DNA of 64,000 bases from contig CP000071.1 of assembly GCA_000002445.1 (NCBI GenBank), positions 1,504,001 through 1,568,000 on the forward strand, written 5' to 3'. Of the stretch, positions 20,916 through 30,991 are shown piece after piece. Source of the DNA: Trypanosoma brucei. Lineage: Eukaryota. Position numbers and translations under genes: made by a program. Under the pieces are notes generated by a model. It ran no database searches, was not told the origin of the DNA, and worked only from the letters and a program-made list of their open reading frames with translations. Numbering within the stretch: the stretch's first letter is position 1; every line of letters starts with the position of its first letter.

Positions 20916-22782
20916 TTTTTTTTCCTTCATTTTCTCATCCCTCTGATTTTCAGTAGTGTCAGCGGTGTAAAATTTGTAGAATGGATTCATCGGTTAATTT
21001 TTTTTTTATGTGTGTGTATGTTTGATTTTTTTTTCTTTTTTTCTTCCACCTTTGTTTAAATATGAACAATTTTTTTTTTCCAAATAAAAAATGTATAGTG
21101 GTGTTAAAACACATAACGGAGGTGATGAAGTGCATGCTTCTCTATTTTGTTCCCATTTGTTTGTTGTTTTCTTTTTTCTTCTGTTTTTTCTTTTCTCTTT
21201 TTTCTTTTTTTTTTAAATATATTTGGTTGTGTGTGATTATTTGACTATTTGAAATGGCGTGTGAGAGGCCTCATTTTTGAGAATGCGGGGGAAATTAAAA
21301 AAAAGAAAAAAGAACAGGAGTGATAAAATGATACAAATAAAAGTTTTTTTTTTTAAAAAAAATAAAAAAGAGGGAAGGTGAGTGAAGGAGAGGGGAAGTT
21401 TTTTCTTTTTCTTTTGTTTTTTTTAATTTATGTTCTTGGAATTAGTGAACTCAACTGTCCACCTGTTCATTTTACTTTTTTTTTTTTAGTTAATTCATTT
21501 CGGTTTTATTATTTTTCTTATTTCTACTTTTATGCAATAATTTCTCTGCTTTGTGATGATCTTTAGTGCTAAGAACGAAAAGTGAGAGGGAAAGGGGGGG
21601 GGGAAAATAAAAATATAAATATATATGTTTATAAAATAAAACAAGACAGAACAAAACAAAACAAAATTTAAAATAAAAACCCATACTTTTATGTTTTAAT
21701 TTAGCGTTCGCCAAGCTGCGACGGATGTTTTATCTGTCTTATGCGTGTATGTGTATGCATGTGAGTGTGTCCGTGTCTGTAAAAGTCAGCTCATAAATAA
21801 TTATATATATAAGTATTTATATATATATTTATTTATTTATAAATACAAATGCAAGTTTTCATTCTTCAAAAATGAAAACATTTCACCCATTCAAACACAT
21901 TCGCATGCACACAAAAAGAAAAAAAAAGAAGAGGATTATATTTAAAAAAAAATGGACAAAAAGCGTTCAGCCGAGGGAGGGAAGTGGAGAGAAACTGTGA
22001 AGGGTTTCACATATTAAGAGGGAAAATGCAAAATTAAAGGGGGAGGGGGAAAAAAGGAGTCAAGAATGTGTTAGCCTTATGATTATTTTAACAGTTGTTT
22101 TTATTTTTTTTATTTATTTATGTTTTTTTTTTTTCGCCTCCCAGTGTTTGCCTGCACCAGCGTCGATGTTCTGTTTTGTGTCTGTGTGATTTCCGATTCT
22201 TATTTTCCCGCTTCTGCTTTCGTCTTTAATCTTTTTTTAAAAAAAATGTTTCAAAGCGGTTTATTTATTTATTTATTGTGTTGTAGTTTTTTTTTGTGTG
22301 TGTTTACTCTCGTGTTCACCTTTTACTTGATCCACTCTTTTTGTTTTGTTTTCCTTTATTTTCCTTTTTTGTTTTTAAGTCTTATTTTTAGCGTCGTTTG
22401 GTTCCGCTATTTATCCGCTCCATTTGAGCCCGCGAATGAACATATCTGAAGAACCGTATTTGTCTTTTTTTTTTGTTTTTTTGTTTTGTTTTGGAGTATG
22501 TGGCTGTTTTTCCCCCCATCTTTTTTTCCCCTTTTCCTTTTTTTTTTCCCTTCCCTTCCCTTCCCCTTCCCTTTCTTTTTTTTCTTTTAAATTAAAAAAA
22601 AAAACAATTATTTTTACACTGCTTTCTAGTTTTTTTTTTTGAAGAAAAAAAGAAAAGAAAAACAATATTATTGATCTCTCACTCCCTCTTCATATTGACT
22701 CTCCCCCTCCCATAATATATATGAGTTTATACAAATATTCATTATCACAAGGAGACGCCACTAATAATAAATACTGTCGTTT

Positions 22783-22914
22783 ATTCTTTTGTTCTCTTTT
22801 TTTTTTTTGTTAAATATCTGCTTTATGCATTTATTACACATTTTTTTCTTGTTTATTCTCCCTATATTTATCTTAATGTTTCCTGCACTTACACATGTGG
22901 GTATCATTAAAGAG
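22783..22914 (+). promoter_or_regulatory. Long polypyrimidine tract plus AG upstream of cytochrome c, followed by an unusually A-rich 5' leader
   Basis: ttattcttttgttctcttttttttttttg...tttttttcttgtttattctccctatatttatcttaatgtttcctgcactt, then aaAGAG at ~22911-22914. About 145 nt of A-rich sequence lies between this site and the ATG at 23060. Confidence 0.45.
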
Positions 22915-23059
22915 TTTTTTTTTAAAAAGAAAAAACAAACCAACAACAGCATCAGCAATAATAATAATAACAACAATATATTAACAAAAAAGTAAAAAAA
23001 AAGAAGAAGAGAAAAGAAATAATTCAAAAAAAAAAAGAAAAATAAAAGAATAAAAGTAA

Positions 23060-23404
23060 ATGCCACCAAAGGAGCGTGCAGCACTTCCACCCGGTGACGC
23101 AGTGCGTGGGGAGAAACTTTTTAAGGGCCGGGCGGCGCAGTGCCACACGGGTACAAAAGGCGGTTCCAACGGTGTTGGGCCTAATTTATATGGAATTGTT
23201 GGCCGTAAATCCGGAACTGTTGAGGGTTTTACGTACAGCAAAGCCAATCAAGATTCCGGTGTTATGTGGACTCCGCAGGTACTTGACGTGTATTTGGAGA
23301 ATCCAAAGAAATTTATGCCCGGCACTAAAATGTCTTTTGCAGGTTTAAAGAAACCACAGGAACGCGCCGACCTCATCGCATACCTCGAGACATTAAAGGA
23401 CTAA
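23060..23404 (+). CDS. Mitochondrial cytochrome c (114 aa) with the kinetoplastid single-cysteine haem-binding motif AxxCH
   Basis: [31 protein letters not shown]...[13 protein letters not shown]...[31 protein letters not shown]. This is the canonical class I cytochrome c fold, including the Met ligand region (PGTKMSF), but the CxxCH motif is replaced by AAQCH. That replacement is the hallmark of euglenozoan cytochrome c. Confidence 0.95.
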   Translation: MPPKERAALPPGDAVRGEKLFKGRAAQCHTGTKGGSNGVGPNLYGIVGRKSGTVEGFTYSKANQDSGVMWTPQVLDVYLENPKKFMPGTKMSFAGLKKPQERADLIAYLETLKD

Positions 23405-23577
23405 AATGAGATAATAGAAAAATTTATAATATTTATAATATAACTACATTATTGAAAATTTATGTTATCATACATGTATTATTAAAGCAGAGGATGGAAG
23501 GAAGAAAGGAGGGGGGGGGTTATGTTATGATGGCAAGGATTCCATTATTATTATTATTATTTTACTTTGTGGCTATC

Positions 23578-23612
23578 GTTATCATTATCATTATCATTAT
23601 CATTATCATTAT
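23578..23612. repeat. (ATCATT)n hexanucleotide repeat, about 5 units
   Basis: atcattatcattatcattatcattatcatt, about 170 nt downstream of the cytochrome c stop. Confidence 0.9.
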
Positions 23613-24242
23613 TTATATTTGTTATTTGGGACTATGAGACGAGCAAGAAAACGAAGGAAAACATGACCAATAGTTAATGTTAATGTTAATGTTATTGTTT
23701 TTTTAATTTTTTTTTGTTTTTGATAAGAGGAAAAAGAAGAAGAGACGCCATGAAGGAAAAGAAAAGAAGAACATAAATGAATTACAAAACGAAAATGAAA
23801 AGAAACACAAATCAAAGTAGAATTAAGTGAAACTAAATTTAAAGATGTGTGTGGTGTTGTCACCGTAAATGTTCCTATGCCATGAGAGGTTTATTTTATT
23901 TTTTGAACCTATCAAGATTCTTCTTTTTTTTTTCCTTTTCGTTCCCTTCCGCTCCATTTGCCGGAAAACTACGGTGCGACTTCACATTAATTTAGTGTTT
24001 TGTCTCTTTTGTTTCCCCCCTCCTGACTTTTTGCCATGTCAGAAGAGCAAAATAAAAAACAAAATGAAAAGGAGGAAAAAAAATAAAAATAAAAAAGAAA
24101 AGAGCAAAAGAGGGATGTACGTTATGATGGGGATGGAGGGGGGGGGAGGGAATTTTAAACCGCAACAATACACATTTATATTTTTTATATTTATGAATGC
24201 AAACATGAAAAGGGTGAATAAAAAGAATAAACAGGAACAAAA

Positions 24243-24377
24243 ATATGTAAAAGGATGGAGATTGGGGAGGGGAGGAGGAGGAGGAGGAGGAACAGAGGAA
24301 TATTGCGGTGTGCAATTTTTTGTCTTTGTCTTTTTCTTTTTTTATTTTTATTTTTATTTTTCCCTCCCCTCCCCAAT
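24243..24377. repeat. Inverted repeat (stem ~24-25 bp, spacer ~85 nt) with G-rich and C-rich arms, overlapping a (GGA)n tract
   Basis: The left arm is ggatggagattggggaggggag at 24243-24267. The right arm is ctcccctccccaatctccatcc at 24353-24377, an exact reverse complement of the left arm, read by eye. A (GGA)7 run follows the left arm. Confidence 0.7.
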
Positions 24378-25369
24378 CTCCATCCTCCTCTTGCACTTTA
24401 ACGATACGTAAGGTGTTTTGTTATTGAAAAGAGGAGTGTTTGTGTGGCAGGCCAAGTATTACAAGGAGAATAAAACAAACAAATAAAAGAGCAAACAAAC
24501 AAAAGGAAAAGGAGGGATTCAAAAAAGAAAAAGAAAAGAGGAAAGGGAAGCGACCGCAACTCCCTGAGTTCTAAGAACTTTCTTAATCCATATACATGGG
24601 GTAAATACATTTATAAGGGATAATTGAAATAATAATAATAATAATTAAAAAAAATCAAGACAGAACGCAACAGGATATACATCTATATCTATATTATTGT
24701 TATTATTATCGGCCTAAAAAAAATTTCTCGCAATAGTTTTGTTTTTTTTGTCTATGTGCCCGTGTGCTTGTGTTTTTGTTTGTTCCCTTTGTTGTGGGCA
24801 TTTCCAGCGGCCGCATCTTTACAGCCATCACAATTAAGCCCATCAAATGACCGCTCCATGCATTACTCTTCTTCCTATTTCTACTCCATTTCGTCTTATT
24901 ATTATTACTGTTGTTGTTGTTGTTGTTTTTATTGTTATGAACTTTATTGTTGCATATACTCGGTTCTTCATGTATTTTGCCTCCGCATGTCACCTTTCGT
25001 TTTGCTTCATTTCTATTTTTCCCTTTCCCCCCTCCGCCCTCTGGTCTCCTCCTCATCCTTTTGCGTGTGAAGCAGAGGGAAAAAGAGGTGAGGTAGCGGT
25101 AAAAAATAAATTTCCTTTCATAAAGTTACAAATGTTTGTAGGCTTGCATATTTATTAGGGAAGTTGGGTATATAAACATGTAGGAAACAGGTTTGCCGTG
25201 TCGTTCCTTCCGTTCATGCTTAATATAAGCCGTGTGGATATTTGTGACATGTGTGATTATGTTGAGTTATGTCTTGTGACTTACCAGGGATAAGGCCTGA
25301 AAACGGAGTAGTGGAGGAAGCGGACGAGACTGAAACGGTAAGACAGTGTGAACCTCCGCACTGACCTCA

Positions 25370-25444
25370 GTTTTTTCGCCCTTTTTTTCCTGCTTTTTTT
25401 TATTTTCCATTTGATTGATTATCTTTTTTTTTTTCTTTCTGGAA
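25370..25444 (+). promoter_or_regulatory. Polypyrimidine tract plus AG upstream of the 578-aa ORF
   Basis: ttttttcgccctttttttcctgcttttttttattttccatttgattgattatctttttttttttctttctggAAG. AG at ~25443-25444. First ATG at 25691. Confidence 0.5.
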
Positions 25445-25690
25445 GTGACCTCTCTTTTGTAGTGGTAGTGTTGGTGGATAGCGTTGTGGTGCAAAATCTG
25501 CCCCGTTGAGCGTCCGTTAGACGAGGCGTCACGGCCTGCCAATAGAGGCGGAGTTGTCAAAAGTATAATAAATTAAACGGGCACTCACAACAACAACAAC
25601 AGTAACCAAACACCGCTTGTGCCGAAAGTGGAAGAAAAGGGAGAGTGAGGCAGCAGGTGAAGGAGAGGGGCAGTAGATATTCTTTTGGCA

Positions 25691-27424
25691 ATGCAGCATC
25701 ACTTCCACCTCAATCGCAGTTTCGATATGCAGTTGTCTCCCGTTGCAGCCTCTATTATCGACTGGGCTCCAGCTGGCCGCACCGGTACCGTTGGGAATTC
25801 CCACACTCCCGCATGTTCCCTTCCAACTGTAGGCGTAAACGGGTCACACACTCATGCGGTGGATTCGACGTCATTAAGCGGTGCGGCTAAACTTAAACCT
25901 GCTGAAAATCTCTCTGGCATGCGGGTGCTGCACCGGTGCACTCGGCAGTTGCTTGCCAATTCGTGCGTGTTGGTGCCGATCTTTTCACGGGGTACGTTTA
26001 ATGTGAATGCGGGGCTGCTCGCTTCTCTCGGTCTGACCGGCGGGTGGAACGATGCCTGCTCGCGGCCTTCCGGTTTCCACGCCAATGATGTGCTGCAATT
26101 GGAGGCGACGTGGGGCAAGAGGCAATGGGCGGGGATATTTAACTTGGTGTGTTTCTCTTGGATGTCTACCACTCTTCCCCTATTTGAGTTTATTACGGTG
26201 TCACCTCGGACAGATTCGTCGCTGCAGGTCGACCGACTGATGTTCAACTGGAGCGGTTTCTGGCGGGTGTTCGTTTCGGGTGACGGCAGTCGCCGAAATT
26301 CGCTCATATCGATGGATTCCCCCGCTGAAAGGTTTGTCGCTGACGTACCTGTTGCGCCCACTGGGAAACTACCTGACGAGAGTAAGTTGGGTGGTGTTAC
26401 CGGTGTTGATAAAAAACATGACGGGCTTTCCACTACGCCTCCGATTACCTCTAATGGTGATGATACAAGACGTGGAGGTGCCATCAGTACTGGAAAAAAA
26501 GTAAAGGTTGGTAATACCAGTGGCAATACCACTTCAATGAATGGCGATAGCGGTAGCGGCACGGCAGGGGTTTGCATGAAGAAAAGGGAAGAAGTTGCTG
26601 AGCCTGTCAGTGGCTCGAGTAGTGAGTTATGCGCCGAAACACAGAAGGTGGGTCGGTGGTGGAGGATTCGAGAGTTGCGCTGCGGTGTAGGTGTTGCTCT
26701 GAAAAATGACATCGTGAGTGCAGCAAACGCTTACTTTGGTTATAGCTTCCACCTGGGTCGAGCACTAACTTTCTCCTCGCATGTGGATGTTCTCCGTCGC
26801 GGCTGCTACTCCGTCACATGCAGCACCGATCGCTTCGACCTCGCCACGCGTCTGCGTGTCAACCACATCACATCGCATTTCACCGAGATGGATGCTGGAA
26901 TTGGTTGGCGGCCGCTACGGCACGTACCTGGCTTTACGTGCCGCCTCTCGTACTCGATGGGCCGCACATCGATGGGTTTTACTGCCCGTGATGTTACTAC
27001 TCACTGGGGTTTGGCGGCTCACAGAACTGAAACTCCGGTGCAGGCCACAGCGGTTCTACCACCACCGCTATCTTCCCTCCCTGTCCCCGTTGCTGTGGAG
27101 TCAAGGGGAGCTTTGTTACAGTTGTGGGACGCTAGCGTGGACTGGGGGCTGAGTGCAGCTCATTTAGTGCTTGGTACTCTTTTACCTTCATTAACTGGGA
27201 GCGCAGCAGCGGGGCGGCGGGTTGTAAAGGAGGGGGAGGAGGTGGAGGTTCCGGAGCATAAACCCAGGCAGTGGAATCGTCTCTCTCGAGCATTTCTTGC
27301 TGGTGTCAGCTACTGTAAAGCTTCGGTAACACAGGCGAAATTTGACCTCACGATGGGGGTGGCGACGCAGCAACCGAGACAATCGAGGCCTCTGAGGTTC
27401 TTTTTTGTTGTTTCAGCCTACTGA
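25691..27424 (+). CDS. Hypothetical protein (578 aa from the first ATG; the track opens at a TTG at 25685). The N-terminal half is Ser/Gly/Thr-rich and the C-terminal ~260 aa is beta-strand-rich, ending ...LRFFFVVSAY
   Basis: Long ORF on the same strand with coding-like composition. The C-terminal domain shows alternating hydrophobic/polar dyads (GVGVALKNDIVSAANAYFGYSFHLG, FDLATRLRVNHI, FTCRLSYSMG, AKFDLTMGVAT) and a terminal aromatic residue. No known motif was recognised. Confidence 0.6.
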   Translation: MQHHFHLNRSFDMQLSPVAASIIDWAPAGRTGTVGNSHTPACSLPTVGVNGSHTHAVDSTSLSGAAKLKPAENLSGMRVLHRCTRQLLANSCVLVPIFSRGTFNVNAGLLASLGLTGGWNDACSRPSGFHANDVLQLEATWGKRQWAGIFNLVCFSWMSTTLPLFEFITVSPRTDSSLQVDRLMFNWSGFWRVFVSGDGSRRNSLISMDSPAERFVADVPVAPTGKLPDESKLGGVTGVDKKHDGLSTTPPITSNGDDTRRGGAISTGKKVKVGNTSGNTTSMNGDSGSGTAGVCMKKREEVAEPVSGSSSELCAETQKVGRWWRIRELRCGVGVALKNDIVSAANAYFGYSFHLGRALTFSSHVDVLRRGCYSVTCSTDRFDLATRLRVNHITSHFTEMDAGIGWRPLRHVPGFTCRLSYSMGRTSMGFTARDVTTHWGLAAHRTETPVQATAVLPPPLSSLPVPVAVESRGALLQLWDASVDWGLSAAHLVLGTLLPSLTGSAAAGRRVVKEGEEVEVPEHKPRQWNRLSRAFLAGVSYCKASVTQAKFDLTMGVATQQPRQSRPLRFFFVVSAY

Positions 27425-28193
27425 GGGGGGGGGGAGGGGCGGGAGCTTCTTTTCACTTTTTTGTTGTATGTCCACATGAGGCAACTCGCTGCGTATGTGA
27501 CCATGCGGATTCGGGTGATGTGTCTCTGCCACACTGTGGAATAGTCGCATATTTGCTTCTGACAACATCGCCTCAACAGCGACGTCGAAACCATGTTGCT
27601 GCTGCTCGTCAGAAGGTGTGTGTTTGGCTTGGGAGCCTATGCCATCGGAATCGGAAGGGTTTCTCGGATTTATATCAAAATAAATATATGTAACTTCACT
27701 ATGATTGGGTTACTGACGTCGTTGCCGTCCGTATCCATCTTCCACTGATTTCGTCCGTTCAGTAAACTCAATTTCACATATATTTCCTCCTTCTTTCTTT
27801 TTGATTGTTTAAGGGCGCTTCTCCGTCGCAGTTTTGTTTCCACACCACCAAATAGACGTAAAATTCAACAAGCGAGGGGGAGTGGAGGGTTTTTTCTTTT
27901 CAAAAAGGGAAAGAGAAATATAAGAGATAGAAGGCGAAAGAGGAGCATAGGAAAGTCACTTGACCTGGTGCTAAATAACGTCGAGTTTCAAAAGGAAAAG
28001 AGGGGGGGGGAAAGAAATAAAATAAGGTAAAATATTTGTATATCTTCCTTGGTACTGTGTTGCTGCACCTCCGTAGTGTACCAGATTTCAGGTGCACAAC
28101 ATCTACATCGTTGTTCGCTTGCGTTTGACAGTTTGTTACTGTTCTCTGCAGTTTCAATAGGGGAGTTGTTGGGCTGCTGTACGCGTAAGGAAA

Positions 28194-29921
28194 ATGTCGT
28201 TATCTAACGTTGTTGCAAATAACACTATGATGGGAGTTCATAAGAACAACTCTGGCATTGGTAATGGGAATAAATCTCAAGATAATGATACTGGAAAAGG
28301 AGGGGGTGATACCGATAACAACGCTGAAACAACGGAGCAGAAGACTCACTATCAATACGTTCTTGCCATTGTCAATCCATTGGCTGGTGAAACCGGTACG
28401 TCGGGATACATTACTGAGAACCTAGTGTCGTTTTTTGGTGAGGAACGCGTGGTTCTGCTTAATAAAGACCTCTTCGCCGATCCCGCACCTTTACATGAGG
28501 CCATCCGCAAGTATGCTGTGCGATACATGTCGGACGAAGAGGAAGAAGAAGAGGAAACAAAAGGCACGGAGGTGGATGTTCGGTTGCCAACAGACGCTGT
28601 GGATGATCGTGGGACCGTCTTCGTTTCTGGTGGGGATGGAACAGTTTCTTACATTATGGATCAGATGGACGCGGTGCGGGAGATCGTAGAGAAGGAGGTG
28701 GGCAATAACGCGCGCGGTGAAGCCACCCCACGGGGGAAACCAATTTTTCCCGCTTTAGCGGTTCTTGCGTTTGGCACAGGCAATGACTTTTCAAACTGTG
28801 TAGGGTTCGGCCGTGGTTACAGTCGTGGAGGCAAATGTGGACCGCTGTGCAAAGAAGATTTGATTGAACATTATGTTCAAAAAGCCCTTACCGCTCGCAG
28901 TACACCGTTTGACCGCTGGGTGATGCAAGTAGTGCCCATGTCAGTGGCATGCAGGCAAAATGAGCGAGCCCAGCAGGGGGATGGGGGGGAGGAGGAGGAG
29001 CCACAGTCGCCGGACGGACAAAAGAGCAGTGTGACGCAAGGTGGACTTCATGATTTGTTTATTGATTGGGACGCACTAACTGATGACCCTGATTGCAAGA
29101 TTTACCGCTTCATTAACTATGTTAGTGTCGGGTTCGATGCATATGTGACACACAGGTTCAGCACATTTCGCAAAAACAACCCAAAATTCTGCAGTAAACG
29201 TTGGAGAAATAAGGCCGTATATTGTTGTTTTAGTTTTCGTGCGGCGGTAAGTTGTTCCCCACTGAAGGGGTGTGTTCCGAGTGTTTGGGTTAGTGAATCG
29301 ACGTGTGGAGAAGGGGGATACGTTTCCCCTGCCGGGAGTGGGTCCCACATGACGAATGTGCAACTTCCCAGTGGAAGTAAAACATTAATGCTTACCAACG
29401 TCACCTCATACGCAGCGGGGACAAAACCATGGAACGCGGGGAGCGGCAAACTGTACCGCAAAGGATCAAGTAAGAGCACAGCTTCAATCACACCGGTATG
29501 TGTGAATGACCGAAAGTTGGAGGTGCAAACTCACAGCGGCCTTATCCACATGGGAATGATGCAAATGAATGCGGGGAAAGGAGCAAACAAAATTTCTCAA
29601 ACCAACGACGTCATCTTCTTCGTTTCGTGCTGCCCAGAGGACATCTACAAGGGTAAGCATCAACAACCACCGGCGCGTGAGGGGGAAGGAAAGCAGTCGA
29701 AGATGAACCTGGAGGGCGCAGCAAACAACTTGAAGAAAGAAAGCAAGGAGTCAGTGTCTCTTTACGTACAGTTGGATGGGGAACCTATAATGATTATTAC
29801 CACCCCAAGTATAGTACGGATCAGGGAACTGCGCACACCCCGCGTATACGTGCGTTGTCTGAATGAAGATGTGCTTCTCGAGTCACCATCAGAAGAAGGA
29901 ACAGAAGGGGAAGGGGCGTGA
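28194..29921 (+). CDS. Diacylglycerol kinase-like lipid kinase (DAGK catalytic-domain family), 575 aa
   Basis: The DAGKc signatures are YVLAIVNPLAGETG (substrate/ATP loop), VFVSGGDGTVSYIMDQMD (GGDG motif) and LAFGTGNDFSNCVGFG (compare PLGTGNDLARCLGWG in DGKs). There is an acidic insertion SDEEEEEEETKG and Gly/Asn/Asp-rich N- and C-terminal tails. Confidence 0.7.
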   Translation: MSLSNVVANNTMMGVHKNNSGIGNGNKSQDNDTGKGGGDTDNNAETTEQKTHYQYVLAIVNPLAGETGTSGYITENLVSFFGEERVVLLNKDLFADPAPLHEAIRKYAVRYMSDEEEEEEETKGTEVDVRLPTDAVDDRGTVFVSGGDGTVSYIMDQMDAVREIVEKEVGNNARGEATPRGKPIFPALAVLAFGTGNDFSNCVGFGRGYSRGGKCGPLCKEDLIEHYVQKALTARSTPFDRWVMQVVPMSVACRQNERAQQGDGGEEEEPQSPDGQKSSVTQGGLHDLFIDWDALTDDPDCKIYRFINYVSVGFDAYVTHRFSTFRKNNPKFCSKRWRNKAVYCCFSFRAAVSCSPLKGCVPSVWVSESTCGEGGYVSPAGSGSHMTNVQLPSGSKTLMLTNVTSYAAGTKPWNAGSGKLYRKGSSKSTASITPVCVNDRKLEVQTHSGLIHMGMMQMNAGKGANKISQTNDVIFFVSCCPEDIYKGKHQQPPAREGEGKQSKMNLEGAANNLKKESKESVSLYVQLDGEPIMIITTPSIVRIRELRTPRVYVRCLNEDVLLESPSEEGTEGEGA

Positions 29922-30885
29922 TTTTGTTTTCTTGTTTTCTTGTTTTCTTGTGTTTTTTTTTAATGATGGCTTGCAGGTTCTACAAATGAGTTGTGGGTTT
30001 AGATGATGCTGTTACCCAAGGATGAAGAGGTGGAACAACCGCTGAAAAGGTGGGGGAGCTGTGGTGGGAGGTTTCTGTTGAAGCATATAAGATCCAGTTG
30101 TTCATGAATGTATGTGAGAATCCCGATTCCCCAAACCCAACCCTCCATGTGCCTTTGTGGCTTTATAAGCGGTAGAGCGCGTGCTCGGGATATATGTGCA
30201 CGTATGTAACTGTTTTTCTTTGTTTTCTTGGTTGATTGTTACATTTTTTGAGTTTAAAAAAAATTGTGTATTACCTTTTTGTGGGGCACTGCTCATTCGG
30301 GGCAGCGCTCATGGAAATGTCGTGCCTAATAACTTTCTTTTTCTTTCCTTTCCAAAATCTCGTTGCTCTGGAAGGCACGTATAGAGCTTTCCGCATTTCG
30401 GTTACCGCGGCTCCCTCCCCCTCTTTTTTTTTTTTGCGGGGGGGGGAGAAGGGGGTTGGATGCCCATTTACACAGACGTATGTGCTCGTAGTGCATAAAA
30501 AGTCGCACGGTTGGGTTCCCTTCTTTTTTTAAAAAAAAATCCCCCCATCTCAACAGTCCTTAGTGTACACAATAGAGCTTGTTGGTGGGTTACCGCTTTT
30601 GTGTTATACTAACAATGCAATGGTGAATCCTTCGTAATTGTGCGCCTTGCGTGCTCGGTGTGCGTACATTTCCATTTTCTTCTTTTCCCCTTTACTTCGT
30701 TGATGCTAAGAACGATGCCACCTTATAATAACTTTCTTTGGTGATTTTCGCTTGATATAGTATATATATATATAAACATGTATACTGTTTAGCCTGATTT
30801 ATTCTTGACCGTTCCTTTATCCCTTTTGCTTTCGGTTCCGCTATTCGTTTCTGCGGCATCCAGCGGTCGTGCCATATAAACGTAT

Positions 30886-30975
30886 GTCACATACTCCTTT
30901 TTTGATTCTATTTCTTTCTCTGCCCATTCGTTTCCTCCCAAAAATAAATAAATAAACAAAATTATTAAATAAAAG
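30886..30975 (+). promoter_or_regulatory. Polypyrimidine tract plus AG 17 nt upstream of the small-ORF ATG
   Basis: atactccttttttgattctatttctttctctgcccattcgtttcctccc ... aaaAGg (AG at 30974-30975), then gccATGg at 30992 in good initiation context. Confidence 0.55.
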
Positions 30976-30991
30976 GTTTAGTGGCCGCGCC

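Noticed and set aside
18101-22700. Many 60-130-aa ORFs on both strands in the low-complexity region upstream of cytochrome c
   Set aside because: All translate to homopolymeric or simple-repeat peptides (poly-F, poly-K, poly-L, YIYIYI) generated by the microsatellites. None has coding-like composition.
29120-29140. tRNA T-loop-like GGGTTCGATGC
   Set aside because: It sits inside the kinase coding sequence. There is no cloverleaf context and no A/B box spacing. No tRNA, rRNA, SL-RNA or 5S signatures were found elsewhere in the window.
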